NCBI RefSeq assembly: GCF_000014785.1
Contig: NC_008340.1
Location: 1,440,001-1,472,000 of the forward strand
Source of the DNA: Alkalilimnicola ehrlichii MLHE-1
GTDB taxonomy: Bacteria; Pseudomonadota; Gammaproteobacteria; Nitrococcales; Halorhodospiraceae
Direction of reading: 5' to 3'
Length of the DNA: 32,000 nucleotides
Made by a program: the position numbers and the translations under genes. The notes beneath the pieces were generated by a model. It was given only the letters and a program-made list of their open reading frames with translations. It had not been told where the DNA came from and made no database searches. Shown here piece by piece: positions 21,194 to 29,660 of this stretch; the first letter of the stretch is position 1; each line of letters begins with the position of its first letter.

Positions 21194-21859
21194 ATGAGCG
21201 ACGAGTCCATCACAGTCGATGCCGGCTCCGCGGCCCTGCTGGTCGTGGACATGCAGCCTGACTTCATGCCGGGGGGGCCGTTGGCTGCTCCGGAGGGGGA
21301 CACGCTGGTGGAACCCATCGGTCGGTTGATGGCCTCGGGGCTGTTTCGGCACATCATCGCCACCCAGGACTGGCACCCGGCCGATCATGTCTCCTTCGCC
21401 AGCCAGCAGCCCGGTCGGTCGCCCTTCGACACCATTGAGCTCTACGGCCAGCCCCAGGTCCTCTGGCCCGACCACTGTGTGCAGGATACTCCCGGCGCAG
21501 CCCTTCACCCCGATATGCCGTGGCGGCACGCCACGCTTGTTCTGCGGAAGGCCACGGACCCGGCCGTGGACTCTTACAGCGCCTTTCGGAGCAATCATGG
21601 GCCCGACGGCCGCCGGCCACCCACCGGGCTCGCGGGCTATCTGCGCGATCACGGGGTCAGCGAGGTGTTCCTCTGCGGCCTGGCCCGGGACTACTGCGTC
21701 AAGTGGAGCGCCGAGGACGGGGCCGCCGAGGGTTTCGCCTGTCACTTTCTCTGGGACCTCACGCGGCCGGTGGATCCCGCCGCGGATGACGCGGTGCGCC
21801 GGGATCTCATCGGCGCCGGGGTGCGGTTAGTCGAATCCAGTCAACTCAAGGGGGCCTGA
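21194..21859 (+). CDS. Isochorismatase-fold hydrolase, nicotinamidase-like
   Basis: ATG at 21194; LLVVDMQPDFMPGGPLAAPEGD; IIATQDWHPADHVSFA; WPDHCVQDTPGAALHP; VFLCGLARDYCVKWSAEDG (catalytic Cys region). pncA-like but not definitively assigned. Confidence 0.85.
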   Translation: MSDESITVDAGSAALLVVDMQPDFMPGGPLAAPEGDTLVEPIGRLMASGLFRHIIATQDWHPADHVSFASQQPGRSPFDTIELYGQPQVLWPDHCVQDTPGAALHPDMPWRHATLVLRKATDPAVDSYSAFRSNHGPDGRRPPTGLAGYLRDHGVSEVFLCGLARDYCVKWSAEDGAAEGFACHFLWDLTRPVDPAADDAVRRDLIGAGVRLVESSQLKGA

Positions 21860-21879
21860 GCGCCCGTAAGGCGTCCACC

Positions 21880-22413
21880 ATGCCCGAACTGATCTATTTC
21901 GCCTACGGCTCCAATCTGCACCCGCTCCGGCTGCGCCGCCGGGTCCCCTCCAGCCGGCCGCTGGGGACCGCGGTGTTGCCCGACCACGCCTTGCGTTTCG
22001 ACAAAAAGAGCGTCACCGACGGCTCGGGCAAGTGCCGGATCGCCGCGCGGCCCGGTGGGCGGGTCCACGGTGTGCTTTTCTCCCTGCGCGCGGACGAACG
22101 GCCCTACCTGGATGCGGCGGAGAGCCTGGGTGTCGGCTATTTCCTGGAGGATATCGAGGTGCACGCCGAGGGGGGCGAGGCGGTCCGGGCCTTCACCTAC
22201 GTGGCCAATCCGGAACGGCTGGACCCCACGGTTCAGCCCTATTGCTGGTACCGGGACATCGTCGCTGCCGGCGCGCGCTTCCACGCCTTTCCCGCGGACT
22301 ATATCGAGGCGATCGCCAAGCAGCCGGTCTGGGAGGATCCGGATAGCGACCGGCGCCTGCGCCAGCACGCGCTGGTCCGCGCCTGCATGGACTGGCGCTC
22401 CGCCCCAGCCTGA
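21880..22413 (+). CDS. Gamma-glutamylcyclotransferase-like (AIG2/GGCT fold) protein
   Basis: IYFAYGSNLHPLRLRRRVPSSRPLGTAVLPDHALRFDKKSVTDGSGKCRI...VHGVLFSL...CWYRDIVAAGARFHAFPADYI. Confidence 0.82.
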   Translation: MPELIYFAYGSNLHPLRLRRRVPSSRPLGTAVLPDHALRFDKKSVTDGSGKCRIAARPGGRVHGVLFSLRADERPYLDAAESLGVGYFLEDIEVHAEGGEAVRAFTYVANPERLDPTVQPYCWYRDIVAAGARFHAFPADYIEAIAKQPVWEDPDSDRRLRQHALVRACMDWRSAPA

Positions 22414-22414
22414 A

Positions 22415-22446
22415 GTCACCGGCCCAGTGGCCGTGCCGGTGTGACC
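22415..22446. terminator. Inverted repeat between the convergent GGCT-like gene and cysN
   Basis: caccggc (22417-22423) / gccggtg (22435-22441), 7-bp perfect stem, 11-nt loop; the only structure in the 37-nt convergent gap; no T-tract. Confidence 0.4.
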
Positions 22447-22450
22447 CGTC

Positions 22451-24127
22451 TCAGGACACGCCCGGTTGGTGGGCGAGGACCTCGTGGATCAGCTCGTCGA
22501 GAAGGGCCTCGTCATCGTCCGCCACCGGGCGGGCGAGCAGCGGCCCGGCCGGTAAGGGTGCGGGGGCGGGGGCCTCGCTGTCAGCAAGCACCACCAGCCC
22601 GGCGTCCAGAAAAAGGGGTAACAGCGCCTCCGGGCCGAGGCCGCCGGGCAGCGACCGGGGCAGGCGGTACGTATGCAGGCCCTGGGCGAAGAGCGCGCCG
22701 TCCAGGCGCTCGAGCAGGGCCGAGCGCCGGGCCGGGTCGTCCCCGTGCAGCCAGACGGTCAGCGCGGTCTGACCCTTCTGGGCGGCCCGTCCCTCGTGGT
22801 CCGGAGCCACCGGGGCGCCGATGTCGCGCTGCAGGTCGGTGATCATGCCGGCGGCGACGGTGCCGTGGTGGGTCCGGTCCACCAACACGAAGGCGCCGGC
22901 GTCCGTGCAGTCGGCGTAGGGTTCGCAGGGCAGCGGTGCGCCGAGACTGATTTCCACGCCGGCAATGCCATTCAGTGGCACCCCCTCGGGGGCCCCACGC
23001 TGTTCCAGGTCGGTGATATCCAGCGTGTGCAGCAGCCGGGTCACAGTGGCTGGGACCGAGCGACTGGCCAGTTTCAGCCAGAATTGCCGCCCGCGGTGGA
23101 GGGGCTGCTCATCCATCCAGATCAAGTTCGCCCGAAGCTGGCGGGCGCAGCGCAGGCCGGTGTGCTCCTCGGCCACCAGCCAGTCGCCCCGGGAGACGTC
23201 CACCTCGTCGGCCAGGGTGACGGTCACCGCCTGGCCGGCGTGGGCCTCGGCTTGCGGCCCGGAGAAGCCTTCCACGCTGCGAATGCGGGTCCGCTGCCCT
23301 CCCGGCAGCACGCGCACAGGCTGATCCGCGCGCAGGGTGCCGGTGGCCAGCGTCCCGGCATAGCCGCGGAACCCGGCATGGGGCCGGTTGACGTACTGCA
23401 CAGGCAGGCGGACAGGGCCCGACGGGCGCTGGTCGACGGCCGGCTGCACCCCTTCCAGCCATTGCAACAGGGTGGGCCCGGTGTACCAGGGCGCCGTCGG
23501 TCCGGCCCGCCGGACCACGTTGTCCCCGTGCAGGGCGGCGACCGGGATGCAGGCCACCTGCTCCAGCCCCAGGCGCGTGGCCAGTACCCGGTAATCGCGT
23601 TCGATGGTGCGGAAGGTGGCCTCGTCCCACGCCACCCGGTCCATCTTGTTCACCGCCAGGACCACCGAGCGGATGCCGAGCAGGGCGCAGATGGCGCTGT
23701 GGCGACGGGTCTGGGGCAGCAGCCCCTTGGCCGCGTCCACCAGCAGGATGGCGACATCGGCGGTGGAGGCCCCGGTGGCCATATTGCGGGTGTACTGCTC
23801 ATGGCCGGGGGTATCGGCGATGATGAACTTGCGCCTTTCGGTGGCGAAGTAGCGGTAGGCCACGTCGATGGTGATCCCCTGCTCGCGCTCGGCCTCCAGC
23901 CCGTCCACCAGCAGCGCCAGATCGGGGCTGTCGCCGGTGGTGCCGTAGCGGGCACTGGCGCGTTCCACCGCGGCGAGCTGATCATCGGGAATGGCGCCGG
24001 CATCATAGAGCAGCCGGCCGATGAGCGTGCTCTTGCCGTCGTCCACGCTGCCGCAGGTGAGCAGACGCAACAGATCGCGGGCCTCCAGCGCCTCCAGGCG
24101 CCGCTCCAGATCGGTGTTGGTGGTCAT
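22451..24127 (-). CDS. cysN: Sulfate adenylyltransferase large (GTPase) subunit CysN with a degenerate C-terminal APS-kinase-like extension
   Basis: LTCGSVDDGKSTLIGRLLYD; DTPGHEQYTRNMATGAS; AVNKMD; C-terminal ~109 aa resembles CysC but lacks the Walker A motif. Confidence 0.94.
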   Translation of the reverse strand: MTTNTDLERRLEALEARDLLRLLTCGSVDDGKSTLIGRLLYDAGAIPDDQLAAVERASARYGTTGDSPDLALLVDGLEAEREQGITIDVAYRYFATERRKFIIADTPGHEQYTRNMATGASTADVAILLVDAAKGLLPQTRRHSAICALLGIRSVVLAVNKMDRVAWDEATFRTIERDYRVLATRLGLEQVACIPVAALHGDNVVRRAGPTAPWYTGPTLLQWLEGVQPAVDQRPSGPVRLPVQYVNRPHAGFRGYAGTLATGTLRADQPVRVLPGGQRTRIRSVEGFSGPQAEAHAGQAVTVTLADEVDVSRGDWLVAEEHTGLRCARQLRANLIWMDEQPLHRGRQFWLKLASRSVPATVTRLLHTLDITDLEQRGAPEGVPLNGIAGVEISLGAPLPCEPYADCTDAGAFVLVDRTHHGTVAAGMITDLQRDIGAPVAPDHEGRAAQKGQTALTVWLHGDDPARRSALLERLDGALFAQGLHTYRLPRSLPGGLGPEALLPLFLDAGLVVLADSEAPAPAPLPAGPLLARPVADDDEALLDELIHEVLAHQPGVS

Positions 24128-24165
24128 GGTATTCCGGTGTGCTTGCGATGAATGGGGGGTGGCGA

Positions 24166-25113
24166 TCAGAAGTAGCCTTCCCGCTTCTTGCGCTCCATGG
24201 AGCCGGACTGGTCGTGGTCGATGGCGCGACCCTGGCGCTCGCTGCTGGAGGAGTCGAGCATCTCGGCGATGATCTCCGGCACCGAGCGGGCCTCTGAGCG
24301 GATGGCGCCGGTGAGCGGATAGCAGCCCAGCGTGCGGAAGCGGACCCGCTCCAGGCGCGGGATCTCGCCCGGGGCCAGCGGTAGGCGGTCATCGTCCACC
24401 ATGATCAGAAGCCCGTCCCGTTCCACCACCGGCCGCTCCGCCGCGAAATAGAGCGGCACCACCGGGATGCCCTCGCGATGGATGTAGAGCCAGATGTCCA
24501 GTTCCGTCCAGTTGGAGAGCGGGAAGACGCGGATACTCTCCCCCTTGTGGATGCGCCCGTTGTAGACGTTCCACAGCTCCGGGCGCTGGGCCTTCGGATC
24601 CCAGCGGTGGTGCCGGTCGCGAAAGGAGTAGACACGCTCCTTGGCGCGGCTGGCCTCCTCGTCCCGGCGGGCGCCGCCGAAGGCGGCATCGAAGCCATAG
24701 CGGTCAAGGGCCTGTTTCAGCGCCTGGGTCTTCATGACGTCGGTGTGCACCGCGGAGCCGTGGCTGAAGGGGCCGATGCCGCGTGCCACCCCCTCCTGGT
24801 TGATGTGGACCCGCAACGCCATTCCGCTTTCCGCCGCCATGCGGTCTCGGAACGCGATCATCTCGCGGAACTTCCAGGTCGTATCCACGTGCAGCAGGGG
24901 GAAGGGCGGGGTGCCGGGATGGAACGCCTTGCGGGCGAGGTGCAGCATCACCGAGGAGTCCTTGCCCACCGAGTAAAGCATCACCGGGTTATCGAACTCG
25001 GCAGCCACCTCCCGGAGGATATGGATGCTCTCCGCCTCGAGCCGATCCAGGTGGCTGGCGGCGGGCAACGCATTGGGTTGCGGACCCTGAAGGGCCGTTG
25101 CGGCACTGCTCAT
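24166..25113 (-). CDS. cysD: Sulfate adenylyltransferase small subunit
   Basis: [43 protein letters not shown]; C-terminal [27 protein letters not shown]. Confidence 0.97.
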   Translation of the reverse strand: MSSAATALQGPQPNALPAASHLDRLEAESIHILREVAAEFDNPVMLYSVGKDSSVMLHLARKAFHPGTPPFPLLHVDTTWKFREMIAFRDRMAAESGMALRVHINQEGVARGIGPFSHGSAVHTDVMKTQALKQALDRYGFDAAFGGARRDEEASRAKERVYSFRDRHHRWDPKAQRPELWNVYNGRIHKGESIRVFPLSNWTELDIWLYIHREGIPVVPLYFAAERPVVERDGLLIMVDDDRLPLAPGEIPRLERVRFRTLGCYPLTGAIRSEARSVPEIIAEMLDSSSSERQGRAIDHDQSGSMERKKREGYF

Positions 25114-25964
25114 GCGGTTCCTCCCGCTTTTCTCAAAGGCCGGACGCCGGCCCCGGCATCCGTCGTTGCAGGCAAGTCACGAAAAACCGGGGCCCCGGCG
25201 TTCACCCCGGGCCGAAACCAGTTCAGTTCACTCTGGAGCCGCACCGTCTCACCGATGATGAGCAGCGCCGGTGACTGTACCGCGGCGGCAGCCACCTGGC
25301 GGGGGAGCGTCTCCAGACTGCCGGTGATCACCCGCTGTGCCCGGGTGGTGCCCTGTTCCACCACTGCGGCCGGATGAGAGGAGGGCAGCCCATGCTGGCG
25401 AAGGCGGGCACACACGTCTGCCAGCGGCCCCAAGGCCATATAGAACACCAGGGTCTGACCGGGTCGGGCCAGGTCCGCCCAGTCGGTTTCGTCCGCATCG
25501 GTGGCCGGATGCCCGGTCAGGAAACGGCAACTGTGGGCGAGATCCCGATGGGTCAGGGGAATGCCCGCGTAGGCGGCGCAGCCCTGGGCCGCGGTGATGC
25601 CGGGGACCACCTGAAAAGGTACGCCCGCCGCTGCGAGCTCGGCGGCTTCCTCGCCGCCGCGGCCGAAGATGAAGGGATCGCCCCCCTTCAGTCGGAGGAC
25701 CCGCTGGCCTGCCGAGGCCAGTTCCACCAGACGGGCGCAGATGGCGGACTGGCTGAGGCTGTGGTGGCCCGCCGACTTGCCCACCGGGATGCGTTCGGCG
25801 TCCGGGCTGACGAGGGCGAGGATCTCCGGTGCCACCAGTCGGTCATACAGCACCACGTCCACCGACTGCATGATCCGCGCGGCGCGCAGGGTCAGCAGGT
25901 CCGGGTCGCCGGGGCCGGCGCCCACCAGGAAGACTTCACCGGGACGGGGCAGGGCGGCTGTCAT
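25110..25964 (-). CDS. cobA: Uroporphyrinogen-III C-methyltransferase (SUMT), standalone
   Basis: [35 protein letters not shown]; [19 protein letters not shown]; [25 protein letters not shown]. Probable start 25964. Overlaps cysD start by 4 nt. Confidence 0.94.
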   Translation of the reverse strand: MTAALPRPGEVFLVGAGPGDPDLLTLRAARIMQSVDVVLYDRLVAPEILALVSPDAERIPVGKSAGHHSLSQSAICARLVELASAGQRVLRLKGGDPFIFGRGGEEAAELAAAGVPFQVVPGITAAQGCAAYAGIPLTHRDLAHSCRFLTGHPATDADETDWADLARPGQTLVFYMALGPLADVCARLRQHGLPSSHPAAVVEQGTTRAQRVITGSLETLPRQVAAAAVQSPALLIIGETVRLQSELNWFRPGVNAGAPVFRDLPATTDAGAGVRPLRKAGGTA

Positions 25965-25966
25965 GG

Positions 25967-26704
25967 TCACTGCCTCCCCGCCGCCTGTTGTGCGTCTGCC
26001 GCGGGGTTGCGGTGCAGCCCGCACTCCCGCTGCGTCGGGTCCTCCCACCACCAGCGACCGGCACGGGGATCCTCGCCCACGGTCACGGCGCGGGTGCAGG
26101 GGGCGCAGCCGATGCTGGGGTACCCCTGGTCGTGGAGGCGGTTGTAGGGCACTTCATGATGGCGGATATAGGCCCAGACATCGGCCTCACTCCATTCCGC
26201 CAGCGGGTTGAACTTGGCCAGGCCATGGGCGGCATCGTGTTCCTCCACCGGCAGTCCGTGGCGGGTGACCGATTGGGCCCGCCGCTGCCCGGTGATCCAG
26301 GCCCGGCGGCCGGCCAGGGCGCGGTTCAGGGGCTCCACCTTGCGCACGTAGCAGCAGGCCTCCCGGGCGCTGCGGCTGTCGTAAAAGCCGTTGATGCCGT
26401 GGTTGTGAACCCAACGCTGGACCAAATCGGCCTCGGGATACCAGGCCTCAATGACCACGCCGTAACGCGCCCGTGCCTGCTGGTGCAAGTCGTGGGTCTC
26501 CGGGTTCAGCCGCCCGGTGTCCAGCGTAAAGGGAGTGATGCCAGGTGCCTCTCGGCAGACCAGGTCCAGCAGCACCATGTCCTCGGCACCGAAGCTCATA
26601 GCCAGCGCCGCCGGTGAATGCTGGCCTTCGATATGGCGGAGCAGGGTGGCGGCGGCCTCGGTCAGGGCCTGCAGGCGTTGCGGAGTGACATGCTCGCTTT
26701 TCAT
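25967..26704 (-). CDS. cysH: Phosphoadenylyl/adenylyl-sulfate reductase CysH, of the [4Fe-4S] (APS reductase) type by cysteine motifs
   Basis: [15 protein letters not shown]; [11 protein letters not shown]; two cysteine pairs [11 protein letters not shown] and [10 protein letters not shown]. Probable start 26704 (MKSEHVTPQ). Confidence 0.93.
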   Translation of the reverse strand: MKSEHVTPQRLQALTEAAATLLRHIEGQHSPAALAMSFGAEDMVLLDLVCREAPGITPFTLDTGRLNPETHDLHQQARARYGVVIEAWYPEADLVQRWVHNHGINGFYDSRSAREACCYVRKVEPLNRALAGRRAWITGQRRAQSVTRHGLPVEEHDAAHGLAKFNPLAEWSEADVWAYIRHHEVPYNRLHDQGYPSIGCAPCTRAVTVGEDPRAGRWWWEDPTQRECGLHRNPAADAQQAAGRQ

Positions 26705-26737
26705 GGTGTCGGTCCCGTTTGTGGATGGGGGCACGCT

Positions 26738-26848
26738 AGCAAAGCGGCAACGGGTTAAGAAGTAATGTTTTTTGCTTTGCTTAATGCGAGAGGGAATGAC
26801 TGACAGAGTTTTGAAAATCCATAAGCATAAGCAATTCCCGATTCATTC
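26738..26848. promoter_or_regulatory. Divergent cysH/cysI regulatory region with repeated GCTTTGCT / TTGCTTTGCTTA / TAAGCATAAGCAA elements
   Basis: agcaaagc (26738-26745) inverted with gctttgct (26774-26781); ttgctttgctta (26772-26783) near-inverted with taagcataagcaa (26822-26834); lies between divergent sulfur assimilation genes in an AT-richer stretch. Confidence 0.55.
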
Positions 26849-26913
26849 TTTCTGCCTCCGGGGCCACGACCACTAAGCTTGGGCCGTCAATACACGGCAG
26901 GGATTCTAGAGGC

Positions 26914-28569
26914 ATGTATCAATACACCGACGAGGATTACGCCCTGGTGCGGGAGCGGGTGGACGAGTTCCGCGACCAGACCCGCCGTCATCTGGCGGGC
27001 GAGCTGAGTGAGGACGACTATCGGCCGCTGCGGTTGATGAACGGCCTCTATATCCAACGGCTCGGCCCCATGCTACGCATCGCCATCCCCTATGGCACCC
27101 TTTCGGTCCGACAGTTGCGGGCCCTGGCGGAGGTGGCGCGGCGCTACGACCGGGGTCTGGGCCACTTCACCACCCGCCAGAACCTGCAGCTGCACCACCT
27201 GAAGCTGGAGGACGTGCCGGAGGTGCTGGCCGACCTGGCCGGGGTGGAGATGCACGCCATCCAGACCAGTGGCAACTGCATCCGCAACGTCACCAGCGAT
27301 CAGATGGCGGGTGTCGCCCCGGACGAGGTGGACGACCCCCGGCCGTGGTGCGAACTCATCCGCCAGTGGGCGAACCTGCACCCGGAGTTCAGTTACCTGC
27401 CCCGTAAGTTCAAGATTGCGGTCAGCGGCGCCCGTCACGACCGGGCCGCCGTACAGGTGCACGACATCGGCCTGCGGCTGGTTTCCGGGACGGGGCATGC
27501 CGCCCGCTTCGAGGTCTGGGTCGGCGGCGGGCTCGGCCGGACGCCGGTGATCGCCCAACGGCTGCGTACGGACCTGCCCGGCGAGCAGTTGCTGCCCTAT
27601 TTGGAGGCCATCCTCAGGATCTATAACCGGCTGGGCCGGCGTGACAACAAGTACAAAGCGCGGATCAAGATCCTGGTACGGGAGTTGGGCCTGGCCCGGT
27701 TCCGGGATCTGGTCGAGACCGAGTACGCCACCATGGAAAAGGCGCCCCTGCGGATCTCCGAATCGCGCTATCGGGCCGTGGCGGGCCACTTCGACCGGCC
27801 GCCGGTATCGGCCCCGGCGGCCGACGAGCAGGGGCTTGAGGCCCAGGCGGCGGAAGAGCCGGCCTTCGGCCATTGGCTGCGCTGGAACACCGAGTTGCAG
27901 CGTCAGCCCGGGGTACGGGCGGTCACCGTCTGCCTGAAAGGGGGTGAACGCCAGCCGGGGGATATCACCAGCGACGAAATGGATGCCGTGGCCGATCTGG
28001 CGGAGCGGTTCGGGCAGGGCGAGATTCGCAGCACCCACCACCAGAACCTGGTGCTGCCGGATATCCCGGCCGGGGACTTGCGCGAGGTCTGGCGGACCCT
28101 GGCGGCGCGTGGACTGGCCCATCCGGTGGTAGGCACGGTGTCGGATGTCATCTGCTGCCCGGGTTGGAAGTACTGCAACCTGGCCAACGCCGAATCCATC
28201 CCGGTGGCCCTGGCGGTGCAGGCGGAGCTGGATGAACTGGACTATCTCCACGATCTGGGTGAGGTGCGGCTGAATATCTCCGGCTGCATGAACGCCTGCG
28301 GCCACCACCATGTGGGCCATATCGGTATTCTGGGCGTGGAGAAGCGGGGCAAGCCCTGGTATCAGATCCAGCTCGGCGGATCATCGGCCGGTGAGGTCAG
28401 TCTGGGCAAGGTGCTCGGCCCCGCCGTGCCCCAGGAACAGGTGGCGCCGGTGGTGGGGTCGCTGATGGCGCGCTATGTCGCCCTGCGCGAGGGCGATGAA
28501 CGTTTCCTCGATACCGTGCGCCGGGTCGGCCTGGCGCCCTTCAAGGAGGTGCTCCATGCTGCTGCGTGA
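26914..28569 (+). CDS. cysI: Sulfite reductase (siroheme/[4Fe-4S] hemoprotein subunit), nitrite/sulfite reductase family
   Basis: Ferredoxin-type repeats; ARHDRAAVQVHDIGL; siroheme/Fe-S cysteine motifs CCPGWKYCNLANAES and NISGCMNACGHHHVGHIG; adjacent to a DUF934 gene. Confidence 0.88.
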   Translation: MYQYTDEDYALVRERVDEFRDQTRRHLAGELSEDDYRPLRLMNGLYIQRLGPMLRIAIPYGTLSVRQLRALAEVARRYDRGLGHFTTRQNLQLHHLKLEDVPEVLADLAGVEMHAIQTSGNCIRNVTSDQMAGVAPDEVDDPRPWCELIRQWANLHPEFSYLPRKFKIAVSGARHDRAAVQVHDIGLRLVSGTGHAARFEVWVGGGLGRTPVIAQRLRTDLPGEQLLPYLEAILRIYNRLGRRDNKYKARIKILVRELGLARFRDLVETEYATMEKAPLRISESRYRAVAGHFDRPPVSAPAADEQGLEAQAAEEPAFGHWLRWNTELQRQPGVRAVTVCLKGGERQPGDITSDEMDAVADLAERFGQGEIRSTHHQNLVLPDIPAGDLREVWRTLAARGLAHPVVGTVSDVICCPGWKYCNLANAESIPVALAVQAELDELDYLHDLGEVRLNISGCMNACGHHHVGHIGILGVEKRGKPWYQIQLGGSSAGEVSLGKVLGPAVPQEQVAPVVGSLMARYVALREGDERFLDTVRRVGLAPFKEVLHAAA

Positions 28570-29005
28570 CGACGGCGAGCCCGTGACCGATGACTTTGTC
28601 CGGCCGCGGTCCGGGGTGCCCGCCGATCCCCTGCCCCCCGGGGACTGGCTGCTCCGGCGTGAGGACTGGGAGGCGGCCGGCCGTCCCTGGCCGGAGACCG
28701 GCCGCCTGGGGCTGGAGCTGGAGGGCCAAGACAGCCCCGAGGGCTTGGAAGACGTGCTGTCCGAGCTGGCCCTGATCGTGGTTCGCTTCCCGGTGGCCAC
28801 CGACGGGCGGGGCTTTAGCCTGCTTCCGTGGTTGCGGCGTTTGGGCTACTCCGGCCCGGTGCGTGCGGCCGGCGATCTGCGGGTTGATCAGCTCAGCGCC
28901 CTGCGTCGCACGGGCTTTAATAGCTTCGAGCTGGCGGCGGGCGTGGACCTGGCGGTGGCTCGCGACTGTCTGCGGCGTTTCGGACGGCACGGGGTGCCGG
29001 CATGA
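28556..29005 (+). CDS. DUF934 family protein associated with sulfite reductase
   Basis: ATG at 28556 inside the cysI end; ELALIVVRFPVATDGRGFSLLPWLRRLGYSGPVRAAGDLRVDQLSALRRTGFNSFEL. Confidence 0.82.
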   Translation: MLLRDDGEPVTDDFVRPRSGVPADPLPPGDWLLRREDWEAAGRPWPETGRLGLELEGQDSPEGLEDVLSELALIVVRFPVATDGRGFSLLPWLRRLGYSGPVRAAGDLRVDQLSALRRTGFNSFELAAGVDLAVARDCLRRFGRHGVPA

Positions 29006-29181
29006 GGCGGCTGCAACGCCGCCCGCGGACCCCCGCCGGGCTAGCGCCCAGGGATTGCGGTTGCAGTCCGGGCCGCGGAGCGGCGGAGGGTTGAAAGGGG
29101 TAAATAACAAAGAGCAATAAACAATTAACATTATCTTTCTTTTGGTTATTCGCTGGATTTCCTAGTATTGCGCTAAGCAAC

Positions 29182-29197
29182 GGCGCCCCGGGGCGCC
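29182..29197. repeat. 16-bp perfect palindrome in the leader of the cytochrome c gene
   Basis: ggcgccccggggcgcc is identical to its reverse complement. Confidence 0.75.
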
Positions 29198-29249
29198 TGC
29201 CACCTGCAAGCTGTCTCCACTCGCCCAAACACAATCAATGGAAGCGAAC

Positions 29250-29612
29250 ATGCGCGGAGTGCAAAGACCTGGTGAACGGACGGCCCATTGGGCATTGATG
29301 ACCACCCTCGCCGCCCTGTTGGGGATGGCCCTGGCGGGCGTCCCGGCCTGGGGGGCGGATGACGATGCAGTGCAGCTACGGCACAAGGAGTTGCTGGCCA
29401 GTACCTGCTTTGCCTGTCATGGCGTCGAGGGGCGTCGTGGTGAGGAGGTGCCGGCACTGGCCGGAGAATCGTTCCGGGTCCTGCGGGCGCAGTTGCTCGC
29501 CTTCCGGGAGGATGAGGTGCCGGACACCACCGTGATGAACCGGATCGCGAAGGGCTACTCGGACGAGGAGATCGAGGCGCTGGCCCGCTACTTCTCCAAT
29601 CTGGAGCGTTGA
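29250..29612 (+). CDS. Monoheme c-type cytochrome (c553/FccA-like), predicted periplasmic
   Basis: Heme motif CFACH; distal Met region TTVMNRIAKGYSDEEIEALARYFSNL; N-terminal signal segment; ggaagcga RBS before ATG at 29250; next gene is an FCSD flavoprotein. Confidence 0.87.
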   Translation: MRGVQRPGERTAHWALMTTLAALLGMALAGVPAWGADDDAVQLRHKELLASTCFACHGVEGRRGEEVPALAGESFRVLRAQLLAFREDEVPDTTVMNRIAKGYSDEEIEALARYFSNLER

Positions 29613-29660
29613 TTCATGGTCCGGTACAGCAACGACAGGCAAGACAGAAAGGAGCTATCC

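Noticed and set aside
22673-24151. 492-aa plus-strand ORF antisense to cysN
   Set aside because: Mirror of cysN; cysN carries clear GTPase motifs and the antisense product has none.
26914-28569. Minus-strand ORF (415 aa, 27073-28320) inside cysI considered as a nested gene
   Set aside because: No RBS, no domain, complete overlap with a conserved enzyme.
29174-29180. TAAGCAA heptamer shared between the cytochrome leader and the cysH/cysI intergenic region
   Set aside because: A shared 7-mer between two regions of this size is expected by chance; not evidence of co-regulation on its own.
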